From an uncultured Bacilli bacterium (GTDB lineage: Bacteria; Bacillota_I; Bacilli_A; RF39; UBA660): 64,000 nt of DNA. The notes under the pieces are model-generated. The model was not told the DNA's origin. It was given only the letters and a program-made list of their open reading frames with translations, and made no database searches. Made by a program: the position numbers and the translations under genes. Position 1 is the stretch's first letter. The number at the start of each line of letters is the position of its first letter. The stretch covers positions 17,871 through 81,870 of the forward strand of contig CAKOIE010000001.1 in assembly GCA_934086395.1 (NCBI GenBank). Reading direction: 5' to 3'. Below, piece by piece: positions 1-8,642 of the stretch.

Positions 1-480
1 TCGATTACTGTACTTACAATTAATGTACTATGCGTAAAATTACACATTTTATCATATAATTCAGTTAACATTGACAATTTTTCTTTACGGTTTATATCTT
101 TAAATGCTGGCTCACATATTTCATTCATATGTGTTCTAAACTTATCTATTATTTCACAAACTCTTGTCTTATCACGCTCTATTCCTAAAGTTGTAAATTC
201 ATTATATACATCTTCATCAAACTGAATCATCATTGCCATCATAATATATTCAAAAGAAGATCTTAATAATGTATTTGCATCCACTAAGTTATAACTTTTT
301 AAATTGTAATCTACATTTATTAAAGTTTTATGTGCTTGTTTTAATAAACTAATTGTTTCATGATGTTTAGTTCTTCTCTCATTTTCTAATTTTGATACAT
401 TATAAATACAACCATCTTTTAATGGTTTAATAAATTTTCTATTTATGGCATTATTAATAGTTTTATGTGATATTTGCATA
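1..480 (-). pseudogene. Frameshifted (or 5'-disrupted) hypothetical gene running off the left edge
   Basis: Hand translation of the minus strand. ATG at 480-478, with a GGTGGTGA SD (rc of 484-491), opens MQISHKTINNAINRKFIKPLK... but stops after 26 codons. A neighbouring frame is open from 419 to base 1 (KDGCIYNVSKLENERRTKHHETISLLKQAH...) with no convincing start of its own. The two frames meet at a T5 run (417-421; A5 on the coding strand). No family recognised. Confidence 0.45.
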
Positions 481-638
481 TTTTCACCACCTTAAAAAGT
501 TTAATATTTATTATATCACTATTATTTGATAAATTTAGCATTGATTAACATAAAAAGTATATATAGATAAATTAAAACTATATATACTTTTTAACATTTA
601 ATTTAAATATGTCAAATTTTTGCTATTTTTTTAACATG

Positions 639-705
639 TTATGACACTTATGACACTTGTTTCTAGGGGGTGCCATCATACATTTAAGTGACGTAAGTGA
701 CATAA
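639..705. repeat. Imperfect inverted repeat built from duplicated 9-mers around a 31-bp spacer
   Basis: Read directly: ttatgacacttatgacac (639-656) and gtgacgtaagtgacataa (688-705) are 15/18 complementary. The repeat lies between the McrC-like stop (716) and the next minus-strand start (480). Confidence 0.6.
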
Positions 706-715
706 GCAAAAGAAA

Positions 716-1825
716 TTACGTGTATAGTTCATTTAATTGATTGGCTTTTTCATTTGCTATATCTTTATCAATTATTTTTAACAAATCACATGTTATTTTT
801 CTCCAGTCTTGAGAAAGATCAATGGTATTAAATTGAATCTTTGCATCAATTGCCCCCATTTCTTGAGAGACAACTTTTACATCATATGATTCATATATAG
901 ACTCTCCATTAAATGGTAATGGATAAAGCAATATACCTTTTAAATCATTTGTGGCATTTACATTATTTAAATATGCCATCATTTGATACATATTACCACT
1001 AATTAAAGATTCTTTATCATAATTAGTTGTTAAATAATCTTTGTAATATTTAGTATCCAAAATAATTGTTTCTTCATTTGATTTAATAAATGTGTCCATT
1101 TTCATTATAGGTAGTAATGATTTGTTTCCACTACTTACATTCCAATTTAATTGACTTTGATATTTGACTTTGTATTTTTTCTTAGGAAGTTCCTGTTCAT
1201 AAAATTTATATACAAACAATTCAAATACATTATTCATATTCTCATCATTATCAAATAAATTGTAAAATGAATATTTTCCTGAAGATTCGCTTAACATTTG
1301 AGAATTATATATTAATTGGCATATTTTTATCATATAAAAATAATAATAGTTTGATTTATTAAAGATTATTTTATCAAATGAATATTTATCAATTTCCACA
1401 TAATCAACTTGATTAAAATATAATATTATTCTATTTAACTTTTTCTTATTATCTTTTGAAATATCGGTTGATTTATATAATCTAATTGCTATATATTTTA
1501 TTATTTGATTTAATAAATTGTTTTCAATCAGTTCATCATAATCACAATACACTTTTCCATATCTCAATGTTTGTTTATTAATTATAGATTGAATATCAAG
1601 CTTTCCTTTTACAGTGTTTAATTCTTCATTTTTTTCTATATACTCTTTATATAATCCTTTTTTTATTATTCTTTTAATATTAATTAAAAATAATTCAGCA
1701 TAAATATTTGATGAATCGAAGTCGTCTTCCGATGATAAATCAATAAAATCTTTATTATTTACTCTATCCCATATATAACTATACATGAATAAAACATTTT
1801 TAATTGGAACTTTAAATTTATTCAT
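716..1825 (-). CDS. mcrC: McrC-like restriction subunit (LlaJI R2-type), PD-(D/E)xK nuclease
   Basis: 369-aa ORF starting 9 nt after the McrB-like stop. McrC-family motifs seen by eye: VFELFVYKF, ...EETIILDTKYYKD (nuclease core) and NMYQMMAYL. Confidence 0.7.
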   Translation of the reverse strand: MNKFKVPIKNVLFMYSYIWDRVNNKDFIDLSSEDDFDSSNIYAELFLINIKRIIKKGLYKEYIEKNEELNTVKGKLDIQSIINKQTLRYGKVYCDYDELIENNLLNQIIKYIAIRLYKSTDISKDNKKKLNRIILYFNQVDYVEIDKYSFDKIIFNKSNYYYFYMIKICQLIYNSQMLSESSGKYSFYNLFDNDENMNNVFELFVYKFYEQELPKKKYKVKYQSQLNWNVSSGNKSLLPIMKMDTFIKSNEETIILDTKYYKDYLTTNYDKESLISGNMYQMMAYLNNVNATNDLKGILLYPLPFNGESIYESYDVKVVSQEMGAIDAKIQFNTIDLSQDWRKITCDLLKIIDKDIANEKANQLNELYT

Positions 1826-1834
1826 AATGGCCTT

Positions 1835-3982
1835 CTATAGCATTTGTTTATAATCTGCTATTTTTGTATCATCATCAAACCAATATTCTTCCAATAAAGG
1901 AATAATTTCATAATCAATAATATCTTTGTATGATTGTGTAAAATTATTGCTATCTAAATTATCAACAAAATAGCTATGTCCTATTTCAAAGCCTTCACCT
2001 AAATCGTCATCTATAGCTTCATTTAATGCAATCATTTTATTACATAAAAGATTAACATCATTTTCCTTAATATTATTCTTTTCAATTAACCAATTAGAGA
2101 ACTTTGGATTATTAAATGCTGGATTTACTTGAATAAACGCAAATCTTCTTCTTAAAGCATAATCTACCATTGCAAGTGATCTATCAGCTGTATTCATAGT
2201 ACCAATAATAAAAATATTTTCAGGAATTGTAAATGATTCTTTTGAATATGGAAGTATTACATCTTCTTTATCCCTCTTATCATATTCTATTAATTTCATT
2301 AGTTCGCCCAAAATTTTGCTTAGATTACCTCTATTAATTTCATCAATTATTACAAAATAATCTTTATCTCTATTGTTTTTAGCTACATCTACAAACTCTT
2401 TAAATACACCAGGAGTTAATACAAACTTTCCATCTTTATTTGGTCTAATACCTTCTATAAAATCCTCATAAGAATAACTTTGATGGAATTGTACAGATAA
2501 CACTTGATCTTTTGCTTTCTTTCCAATTATGGAATATGCAAGTCTTCTAGCCATAAATGTTTTTCCAACACCAGGTGATCCTTTTAAAATAATATTCTTC
2601 TTTCTCATTAATAATTTATATATTTTTTCATATTCGGAATCATTCATAAAAACTTCTTCCAAAAATAAATCTTTATCATAATAATTTTTTAAAAATTCAA
2701 TATAGTGATTTAATGCTGCAGAATTAATGTTATTGGAATTTTGAGATCTAGTTTTAAATTTTTCACTATTTATTATTATTGGAATATATTCTTCTAATTC
2801 CTTGTAATTATCAAATTCATATAATGATTTACTTAATAAACCATCTTCTTGAGATTCCTTAGACATTAAATCCACATGATTTAAATAGGCTGTTATGCTA
2901 CTCTCTTGAATTGATATATTTTCTAACCATTTTCTAAATTTATCCTTCATATTATAACTATCTCCTTCCATTATATTAATTAACTTCATAGCAAAATCAT
3001 CATATGGTGTAATATCAGTTAATGTTTTTTGAGCTACTCTTAAATTTTTAGGAATTTCCCAAACACCTTTTTTTATCCAATTTACGTTTCTTGTGTTTTT
3101 GAATCTTTCTCTATTGTTATTGTATAAATATTTGTTATCTATTACTCTTCCATATCCCAGCAACTTGGATTGCCCTATTTTAGCAATAACTATATCGCCT
3201 TCATGCAATTTATGTATAAAATCATCAATGCATGAAATATCATTATATGCATTTTCTTCGTTATATTTTTCTTTTAAAGCTGCTGCTATATGATCTCTAT
3301 CATTATAATAATTTATAGGTCCAATATCATCCCAACCTATAATCATTTGATTATTATCATAACAATAATCCCAATAGCTACCACCTTCTCCAGGCGAATA
3401 AGTCCAATATTGAGAATTTTTTGAAAATAAATAATCTATTTTTACCTTATCAATTATGCCATTTTTTAATACAGGATAAATAATATTAATATTTTCACCT
3501 TTTTCTATAATTATGTCTCCTAAAAGAGCTATTACAACACCTCTAAATTTTTTTACATTTTCATTAGCTTTTTCAAATTTTATGTTTAATCTATTGCCAC
3601 TATCGACTTGAACATTTGGTTTACCCAAACTAAAATTTTCAATATCAGTAAAATAAACTCCTCTATTGATAAAATAATCTTGTAAATCATCATGAAAATC
3701 TGATAATGAAAACATTTTAACAACTTGATTCATTTTTTCAATATATGATCTTGTTTTAACTACATCCACAACAAATTCATCATTATCAGGATTTAGAAAT
3801 TCTATCATTTCATTTATAGTATCAGGATTGGTTGCTAAAAAATATCCAGCAGTTGAACTTGGGCTTACTTCGCCATTTTTTGTTAATGAATTATACTTAA
3901 AAATATTAGATCGAGTTGACTCAGTATTGCTTAAAACAATTCTAATTTTATTATTTTCCAAAAATCCAGCCACACATAACAC
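1835..3982 (-). CDS. mcrB: McrB-like AAA+ GTPase restriction subunit (LlaJI R1-type) with a long N-terminal extension
   Basis: 715 aa. The C-terminal module has GSPGVGKTF (Walker A), VIIDEINRGN, IIGTMNTADRS and LRRRFAF, which are McrB signatures. The N-terminal ~450 aa includes a W/G-rich beta-type segment (YWTYSPGEGGSYWDY..IIGWDDIG..EGDIVIAKIG..LLGYGRVI..RNVNWIKKG). Confidence 0.75.
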   Translation of the reverse strand: MLCVAGFLENNKIRIVLSNTESTRSNIFKYNSLTKNGEVSPSSTAGYFLATNPDTINEMIEFLNPDNDEFVVDVVKTRSYIEKMNQVVKMFSLSDFHDDLQDYFINRGVYFTDIENFSLGKPNVQVDSGNRLNIKFEKANENVKKFRGVVIALLGDIIIEKGENINIIYPVLKNGIIDKVKIDYLFSKNSQYWTYSPGEGGSYWDYCYDNNQMIIGWDDIGPINYYNDRDHIAAALKEKYNEENAYNDISCIDDFIHKLHEGDIVIAKIGQSKLLGYGRVIDNKYLYNNNRERFKNTRNVNWIKKGVWEIPKNLRVAQKTLTDITPYDDFAMKLINIMEGDSYNMKDKFRKWLENISIQESSITAYLNHVDLMSKESQEDGLLSKSLYEFDNYKELEEYIPIIINSEKFKTRSQNSNNINSAALNHYIEFLKNYYDKDLFLEEVFMNDSEYEKIYKLLMRKKNIILKGSPGVGKTFMARRLAYSIIGKKAKDQVLSVQFHQSYSYEDFIEGIRPNKDGKFVLTPGVFKEFVDVAKNNRDKDYFVIIDEINRGNLSKILGELMKLIEYDKRDKEDVILPYSKESFTIPENIFIIGTMNTADRSLAMVDYALRRRFAFIQVNPAFNNPKFSNWLIEKNNIKENDVNLLCNKMIALNEAIDDDLGEGFEIGHSYFVDNLDSNNFTQSYKDIIDYEIIPLLEEYWFDDDTKIADYKQML

Positions 3983-4048
3983 CTCTCATCATTTTTATTA
4001 TACCAAAAATTAAAAATTTACGCTACATAAGTAGCAAAAAAAGAAGAA

Positions 4049-6421
4049 TTATGATAATTCTTCTTCTACATTTGTTATATTAGATAAATCTATATTATAT
4101 TCTTCTTGTTCTATTGAAAGATTGGATAAAGTAATATTATTATCAAAAACGCCTGTTTTAAAAATTTCTCTGACTACCGCAAGCATAACATCAACTACTA
4201 TACTATTACCAGCTTGTTTATACATTTGTGCTCGTGATACAACAATTTTAAAGTTGTCCGAATATCCCATAAGCCTCAAGGCTTCTCTTTCAGTAAGCAT
4301 TCTTAGCTTATCTTCTCCACCTTTATCAGTCATATAATTGTCAACACCAGCTCTATGCCTATTTCCCATTGTTGATAAGATAGTCCTTGCTACATCTAAA
4401 TCATACTTAATTGATGTTCTAAATGTTTTTGTTCCTGGAGTTAATACATATTTTCTAACCAAATCAGATAATACATATTTATCATCAACTCTTGAAGGAT
4501 CAAACTCGGACTCTTTAATTGAAATATTACCACATTCATCATATTGAAAATTACCAAATTCGCATTTTGATTCTAAAAATTGTTTCATACTAAATTTTAG
4601 TTCTATTGGTAATGGATATTCAAAATTTTTCTTTATATCTAAATCATTTCTAATGCCAACAACAAAAACTCTTCTTCTATTTTGTGGTATTCCATAATCA
4701 GCCGCATTTAATATTTGAGGTTCGGTAATATTATAATTTAAAGATTTAAAAATCCCTTTTATAATTTCCCATGTATTTCCATGATCATGTGTAGTCAATC
4801 CTCGAACATTTTCATATATAAATACTTTTGGATTTGCTTCTTTAATAATCCTTGCATATTCATAGAATAATGTACCTCTTGCATCTTCAAGGCCTCCTTT
4901 AAAGCCTACTGTTGAAAATGATTGACACGGACTTCCACCTACTAATAAATCAACTTTATCTTTATAATCAGTACCATCTAATAAGTTTATATCTAAATGA
5001 AAATCATCTTCAATTATTTTATCTCCATAATTTTCCATATAACTTTGTTTTACATAATTTTTCTTTTTGCTTTTAGAAGCATATAAATCATCTACATATT
5101 TTTTCTTTTCTAATTTGGAATTCATATTTTTTATTTTTTTAAATTCTTTTTCATGGTCATATTTAATTTCAATATCTCCATTATCACATGCAAAAACAAT
5201 TTCATATGGTGTATTATTTCTTATGAGTGCTTGTTCAATTGCACCTATACCACTGAATAATGTAGCTAGTTTTAGCTTAGGTTTTATAACATCAACTGCT
5301 TTTAATTCTTCGGTTTTAAATACGCCTGTATCTATTAGGTTTGGAATAATTTTTTCAAATATATTAACAACAATACTATTACCAGCTTGTCTATATTTAT
5401 CTTTATCTAACATTCCTTTGGGAAATTTAAATTTTTTTGAAAATCCCATAAGATTTGTACATTCTAATGGAGTTAGTTTTCTACAGGCGCCTTTTTTACC
5501 ATTATAAGTAGAAATATATGCAATATTCATAATATCAGCATTATCTTTTATTTTTTCATATGGAACAAACACAAATTCTCCATTCCAATTAAATTGTTGA
5601 TTTGCTTTTTGACATTGCATTATATTAGAATTAACTTGTGCTCTATTTTTATATTTTGGATTAGTAACAAATTCAAAACCTTTTTTACCCAAATAATACT
5701 TTGGATCAACTTTTAAGTCATCTTCCAAATAATCTTTAACTGTAGTTTTTAATTCTTCTTCTTCAGGAAATTTGAATGGAGCTGTATCTAAATCATTTCT
5801 TATACCTATAACGAATAGCCTAGGTCTATTTTGTGGTATTCCAAAATCTTTAGCATTTAATATAGGATTTTTTCTTATATATATTTTATAATTTAATTCT
5901 TTAAATGTATTTTGAACGGTTTCCCATGTTCTACCTTTATCATGATTTAGCATTCCTTTAACATTTTCAAATATAAAAGCCTTTGGTTGACATTCTTTAA
6001 TAATCCTTGCATATTCATAGAATAATGTACCTCTTGTATCATTAAATCCTCCACGTTTTCCAATTATTGAAAATGATTGGCATGGACTTCCACCTACTAG
6101 CAAATCGACTTCACCCTTATACATAGATCCATCTAAAAATCTTATATCTTGATAGAAATCTTTATCATCGATTTCATAATTTTCCTTATATGTTTGATAC
6201 ATACAATTAGGTTTTTTTAATGAACTATATAAATCATTAATATATTTATTTTTTTCTTCTAAAGACATATTTTCTATTTTTTTTAAAATTTCTTCTTTCG
6301 AATAAGGTAATTCTCTCTCACCATTATCACATGCAAAAATTATTTTATGTTTAACATCTAATTTTTCTAACGCTTGTTCAATTGCACCTATACCACTAAA
6401 TAGCGTTGCTAATTTTATCAT
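4049..6421 (-). CDS. Fused tandem DNA (cytosine-5) methyltransferase: two complete Dcm-type modules in one 790-aa polypeptide
   Basis: Each half carries the full ordered motif set: LFSGIGA (I), GGSPCQSFS (IV), ENVKGM/ENVRGL (VI), QNRPR/QNRRR (VIII) and AGNSIVV (X). The second module starts near KLKLATLFSGIGAIEQAL. Confidence 0.85.
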   Translation of the reverse strand: MIKLATLFSGIGAIEQALEKLDVKHKIIFACDNGERELPYSKEEILKKIENMSLEEKNKYINDLYSSLKKPNCMYQTYKENYEIDDKDFYQDIRFLDGSMYKGEVDLLVGGSPCQSFSIIGKRGGFNDTRGTLFYEYARIIKECQPKAFIFENVKGMLNHDKGRTWETVQNTFKELNYKIYIRKNPILNAKDFGIPQNRPRLFVIGIRNDLDTAPFKFPEEEELKTTVKDYLEDDLKVDPKYYLGKKGFEFVTNPKYKNRAQVNSNIMQCQKANQQFNWNGEFVFVPYEKIKDNADIMNIAYISTYNGKKGACRKLTPLECTNLMGFSKKFKFPKGMLDKDKYRQAGNSIVVNIFEKIIPNLIDTGVFKTEELKAVDVIKPKLKLATLFSGIGAIEQALIRNNTPYEIVFACDNGDIEIKYDHEKEFKKIKNMNSKLEKKKYVDDLYASKSKKKNYVKQSYMENYGDKIIEDDFHLDINLLDGTDYKDKVDLLVGGSPCQSFSTVGFKGGLEDARGTLFYEYARIIKEANPKVFIYENVRGLTTHDHGNTWEIIKGIFKSLNYNITEPQILNAADYGIPQNRRRVFVVGIRNDLDIKKNFEYPLPIELKFSMKQFLESKCEFGNFQYDECGNISIKESEFDPSRVDDKYVLSDLVRKYVLTPGTKTFRTSIKYDLDVARTILSTMGNRHRAGVDNYMTDKGGEDKLRMLTEREALRLMGYSDNFKIVVSRAQMYKQAGNSIVVDVMLAVVREIFKTGVFDNNITLSNLSIEQEEYNIDLSNITNVEEELS

Positions 6422-6713
6422 ATTATTACCTCATTTCTATTTTCTTTATAAATTAATTATACAAAATAATAACTAATTTAGATACATTTTTCTTCTGTTT
6501 TTTGTAAAAAAACATCAGAGTATAAAATAAGGAAATTTAATTTTCTTATTTAATTATTCTATTTTGGTAATTTACTATAATCATATTTTTATAAATTACA
6601 TCGAGTTCACTATTTATTTCATCAATATCTTTTAAAAATTCATCTAGTGAATATTTATCACCTCAATACTGATGTTACTACTAATACACTGTAATACTTA
6701 CTGTTTCTGAACC

Positions 6714-6744
6714 AACAAAAAGAAAACATACCAGTTAAGGTATG
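6714..6744 (-). terminator. Intrinsic terminator after the DnaA-like/Pol-like cassette
   Basis: On the minus strand: CATACC-TTAACT-GGTATG hairpin (6727-6744) followed by TTTTCTTTTT. Confidence 0.6.
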
Positions 6745-6782
6745 ATTCTAATGATTTCATTATTTATTTTTTAATATATCTA

Positions 6783-7457
6783 TTACTTCTTGCAAAGAAT
6801 GTGGGGTTTTCTAGTCAAGCAATAATAGGCCCTTATTCTGTATATCATATTTTTTAATTCTCTAAAATCTAAAGAGTTATCAGCAATATATCTCTTTAAT
6901 TCATTAAAGAATATTTTCTGCTCTGGAAGACTTAATTCTTCTTTTATAATCTCATTAACAAAATTTAATTTTGTCCTATTATCAGGCATTTCTATTTTCA
7001 CTTTAAATGATTCCTCCAGCGTTTTTTTTAATTGTTCACTTACTTTTAAATCACCAAGAGCAACATTGGATGATAGAATAACAACTTTGCTGTTTTTTAA
7101 TAAAATATTTAACAATTTTTCAAATTCATACATACTATTACCTGTAAAATATTGAATATCATCTACTATTAAAACTTCAGTATTTGAATATTTTTCAAGA
7201 AAATTAACTCTTTTATTCAAATCAATAACATCTTTGATAAATTCTTCACTTGTTATATATAGGACTGATTTGTTATTTTTCAAACCATTAGCTATTATAT
7301 TTAATAAATGTGTTTTCCCAATCGCCTTATTACCATAAAACATTATTAACTTATTTGATATACTTCCTTCAATGATTTTTAATGCTACATCATATGCTTC
7401 CTTATTTTCTTCATAAACTATAAAATTTTTTAATTCATAACATTCTTTCTTTACCAT
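6783..7457 (-). CDS. DnaA domain-III-only AAA+ ATPase paralogue (no domain I or domain IV)
   Basis: Aligns by eye with the host DnaA in this window: [25 protein letters not shown] vs [37 protein letters not shown] vs DVLIIDDIQFLSG; VVILSSN vs [15 protein letters not shown] vs VRQLEGAI. Start moved to ATG 7457 (M14 of the track ORF), which follows AAGGAG overlapping the upstream TAA. Confidence 0.7.
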   Translation of the reverse strand: [224 protein letters not shown]

Positions 7458-7467
7458 AAAATTCTCC

Positions 7468-8502
7468 TTACTTTTCAACGTAATAATTTCTTTCATCTAT
7501 TGCAAATAAGCATTCACTTACTGCTTGACCTCTACCAAATATATATAAGATTTTTGATAGTACATCTATAAACACATCATCACAACCATGTTCTATCATA
7601 ATATCAACATATCTTTGCCACAATTCATTTGACTTCCTCGTTCTTGATTTGTGTAATTGCTTAACAATATCTATAGCAACTTCATGTTCAATTGAATGAT
7701 TAACTAAATACTCATATACATCTTCACGATTAGAAATTACGTTATGTATATCAATCTTGCTATCTTTAAATAATTCTTCCTGATTTTTACTCCACACATG
7801 GGTGCCATGTGCTAAAGATATAACTTTAACATAGTCATCTATTGTTTTTGGTTTTAACTGCATTGCAACTTCTTTTTCAAATTCAGTATGCATTGAATAT
7901 TTTAGATCAACTTTCTTTTCTTGTATCAAAGGTTTATCATCGAGTCTAATTGTTATATACTCATCAGTAAACATATGATAATCTTCTATGGTTTCAAACT
8001 GACCAAACTCATTCAATCTAAATGACATATTGGTAGGTTGTACATAACATGGAATAAGTAAATAATGCTTATCTGCTAATTCATTTATTTCATCTACATC
8101 ACATAGTTCAAATGAACCTCTAACTATTCTAAAATTTCTTGCATACTTTTCTACTGAACTAACAAAGTCTAAGGAACAGCCATTTATGAAATCAATACAT
8201 AAAGTTTTAGCTGTGATCAACTCATAAGGTAGATTATATTTGATAGGGTCAACTTTACTAATGTCTAGAACATGGAGTAGTAACAAGTTATTAGCCATCC
8301 CTCTAAAGTGGAAACTAACAGATTTCTCCGTCTTCTTGTACTTATGTAATAACTCTATAATAAATAACAATCCTTTATCATAAAGTAAATCTACTTCTTT
8401 CTTACATCTTGTTAGAATATCATCATCTTTAATCTTGTTAGCTAGCCATACAAGAAAGTAGTCTCTAGCGTCATCATTTAACTCTTCATATTTATTATAC
8501 AT
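7468..8502 (-). CDS. Miniature, degenerate C-family (Pol III alpha / PolC-like) polymerase-core homologue
   Basis: 344 aa with a strong SD (GAAAGGAGGG). By-eye matches to DnaE/PolC landmarks: FRGMANNLLLLHVLDISKVDPIKYNLPYE vs GRGSAAGSLVAY.L.IT.IDP..Y.LLFER; SLDF vs DxDF; AHGTHVWSKNQEEL..ISNREDVYEYL vs SHGTDVWLGNAQEL..IGCRDDIMVYL; FGRGQAVSECL vs FPKAHAAAYVL. No PHP, exonuclease, beta-binding or OB regions. Confidence 0.55.
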   Translation of the reverse strand: MYNKYEELNDDARDYFLVWLANKIKDDDILTRCKKEVDLLYDKGLLFIIELLHKYKKTEKSVSFHFRGMANNLLLLHVLDISKVDPIKYNLPYELITAKTLCIDFINGCSLDFVSSVEKYARNFRIVRGSFELCDVDEINELADKHYLLIPCYVQPTNMSFRLNEFGQFETIEDYHMFTDEYITIRLDDKPLIQEKKVDLKYSMHTEFEKEVAMQLKPKTIDDYVKVISLAHGTHVWSKNQEELFKDSKIDIHNVISNREDVYEYLVNHSIEHEVAIDIVKQLHKSRTRKSNELWQRYVDIMIEHGCDDVFIDVLSKILYIFGRGQAVSECLFAIDERNYYVEK

Positions 8503-8642
8503 ATCATCCCTCCTTTCAAAAATAGAATAGCATATTCAAAAATGTACATGTACTGATTTTGAATTAACATTTTTATTACTATTATTTTTTATTAATTTCT
8601 TACCACAAAACATCCTCTAATTACGCATAATTTTTAAAAATG

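Noticed and set aside
5067-5507. 146-aa plus-strand ORF, and similar antisense ORFs at 3093, 3828, 4122, 4338, 13127-13715, 15317, 15867, 17071, 17295, 18571, 19710, 20123, 22545, 23305, 23557, 25367, 25815, 27752, 32919, 33082, 37079, 38213, 38598, 39239, 39429, 40220, 40315, 41694, 50339, 51469, 55657 and 59108
   Set aside because: All lie antisense inside well-supported genes. They have low-complexity Leu/Ile/Phe/Ser-rich translations typical of AT-rich antisense frames, and they lack SD sequences.
4049-6421. The fused m5C methyltransferase targeting the CCCGGG (NBS) or CACGTG (parS) cores, thereby modulating Noc/ParB binding
   Set aside because: This is attractive, but nothing in the sequence links the TRDs to these sites, and LlaJI/HgaI-type enzymes recognise asymmetric sites. 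It is pure speculation without methylome data.
7468-7496. 29-nt overlap between the Pol-like and DnaA-like ORFs as evidence of recoding
   Set aside because: An internal ATG (7457) with a perfect AAGGAG SD explains the second gene without overlap. The track start is simply the first in-frame ATG.
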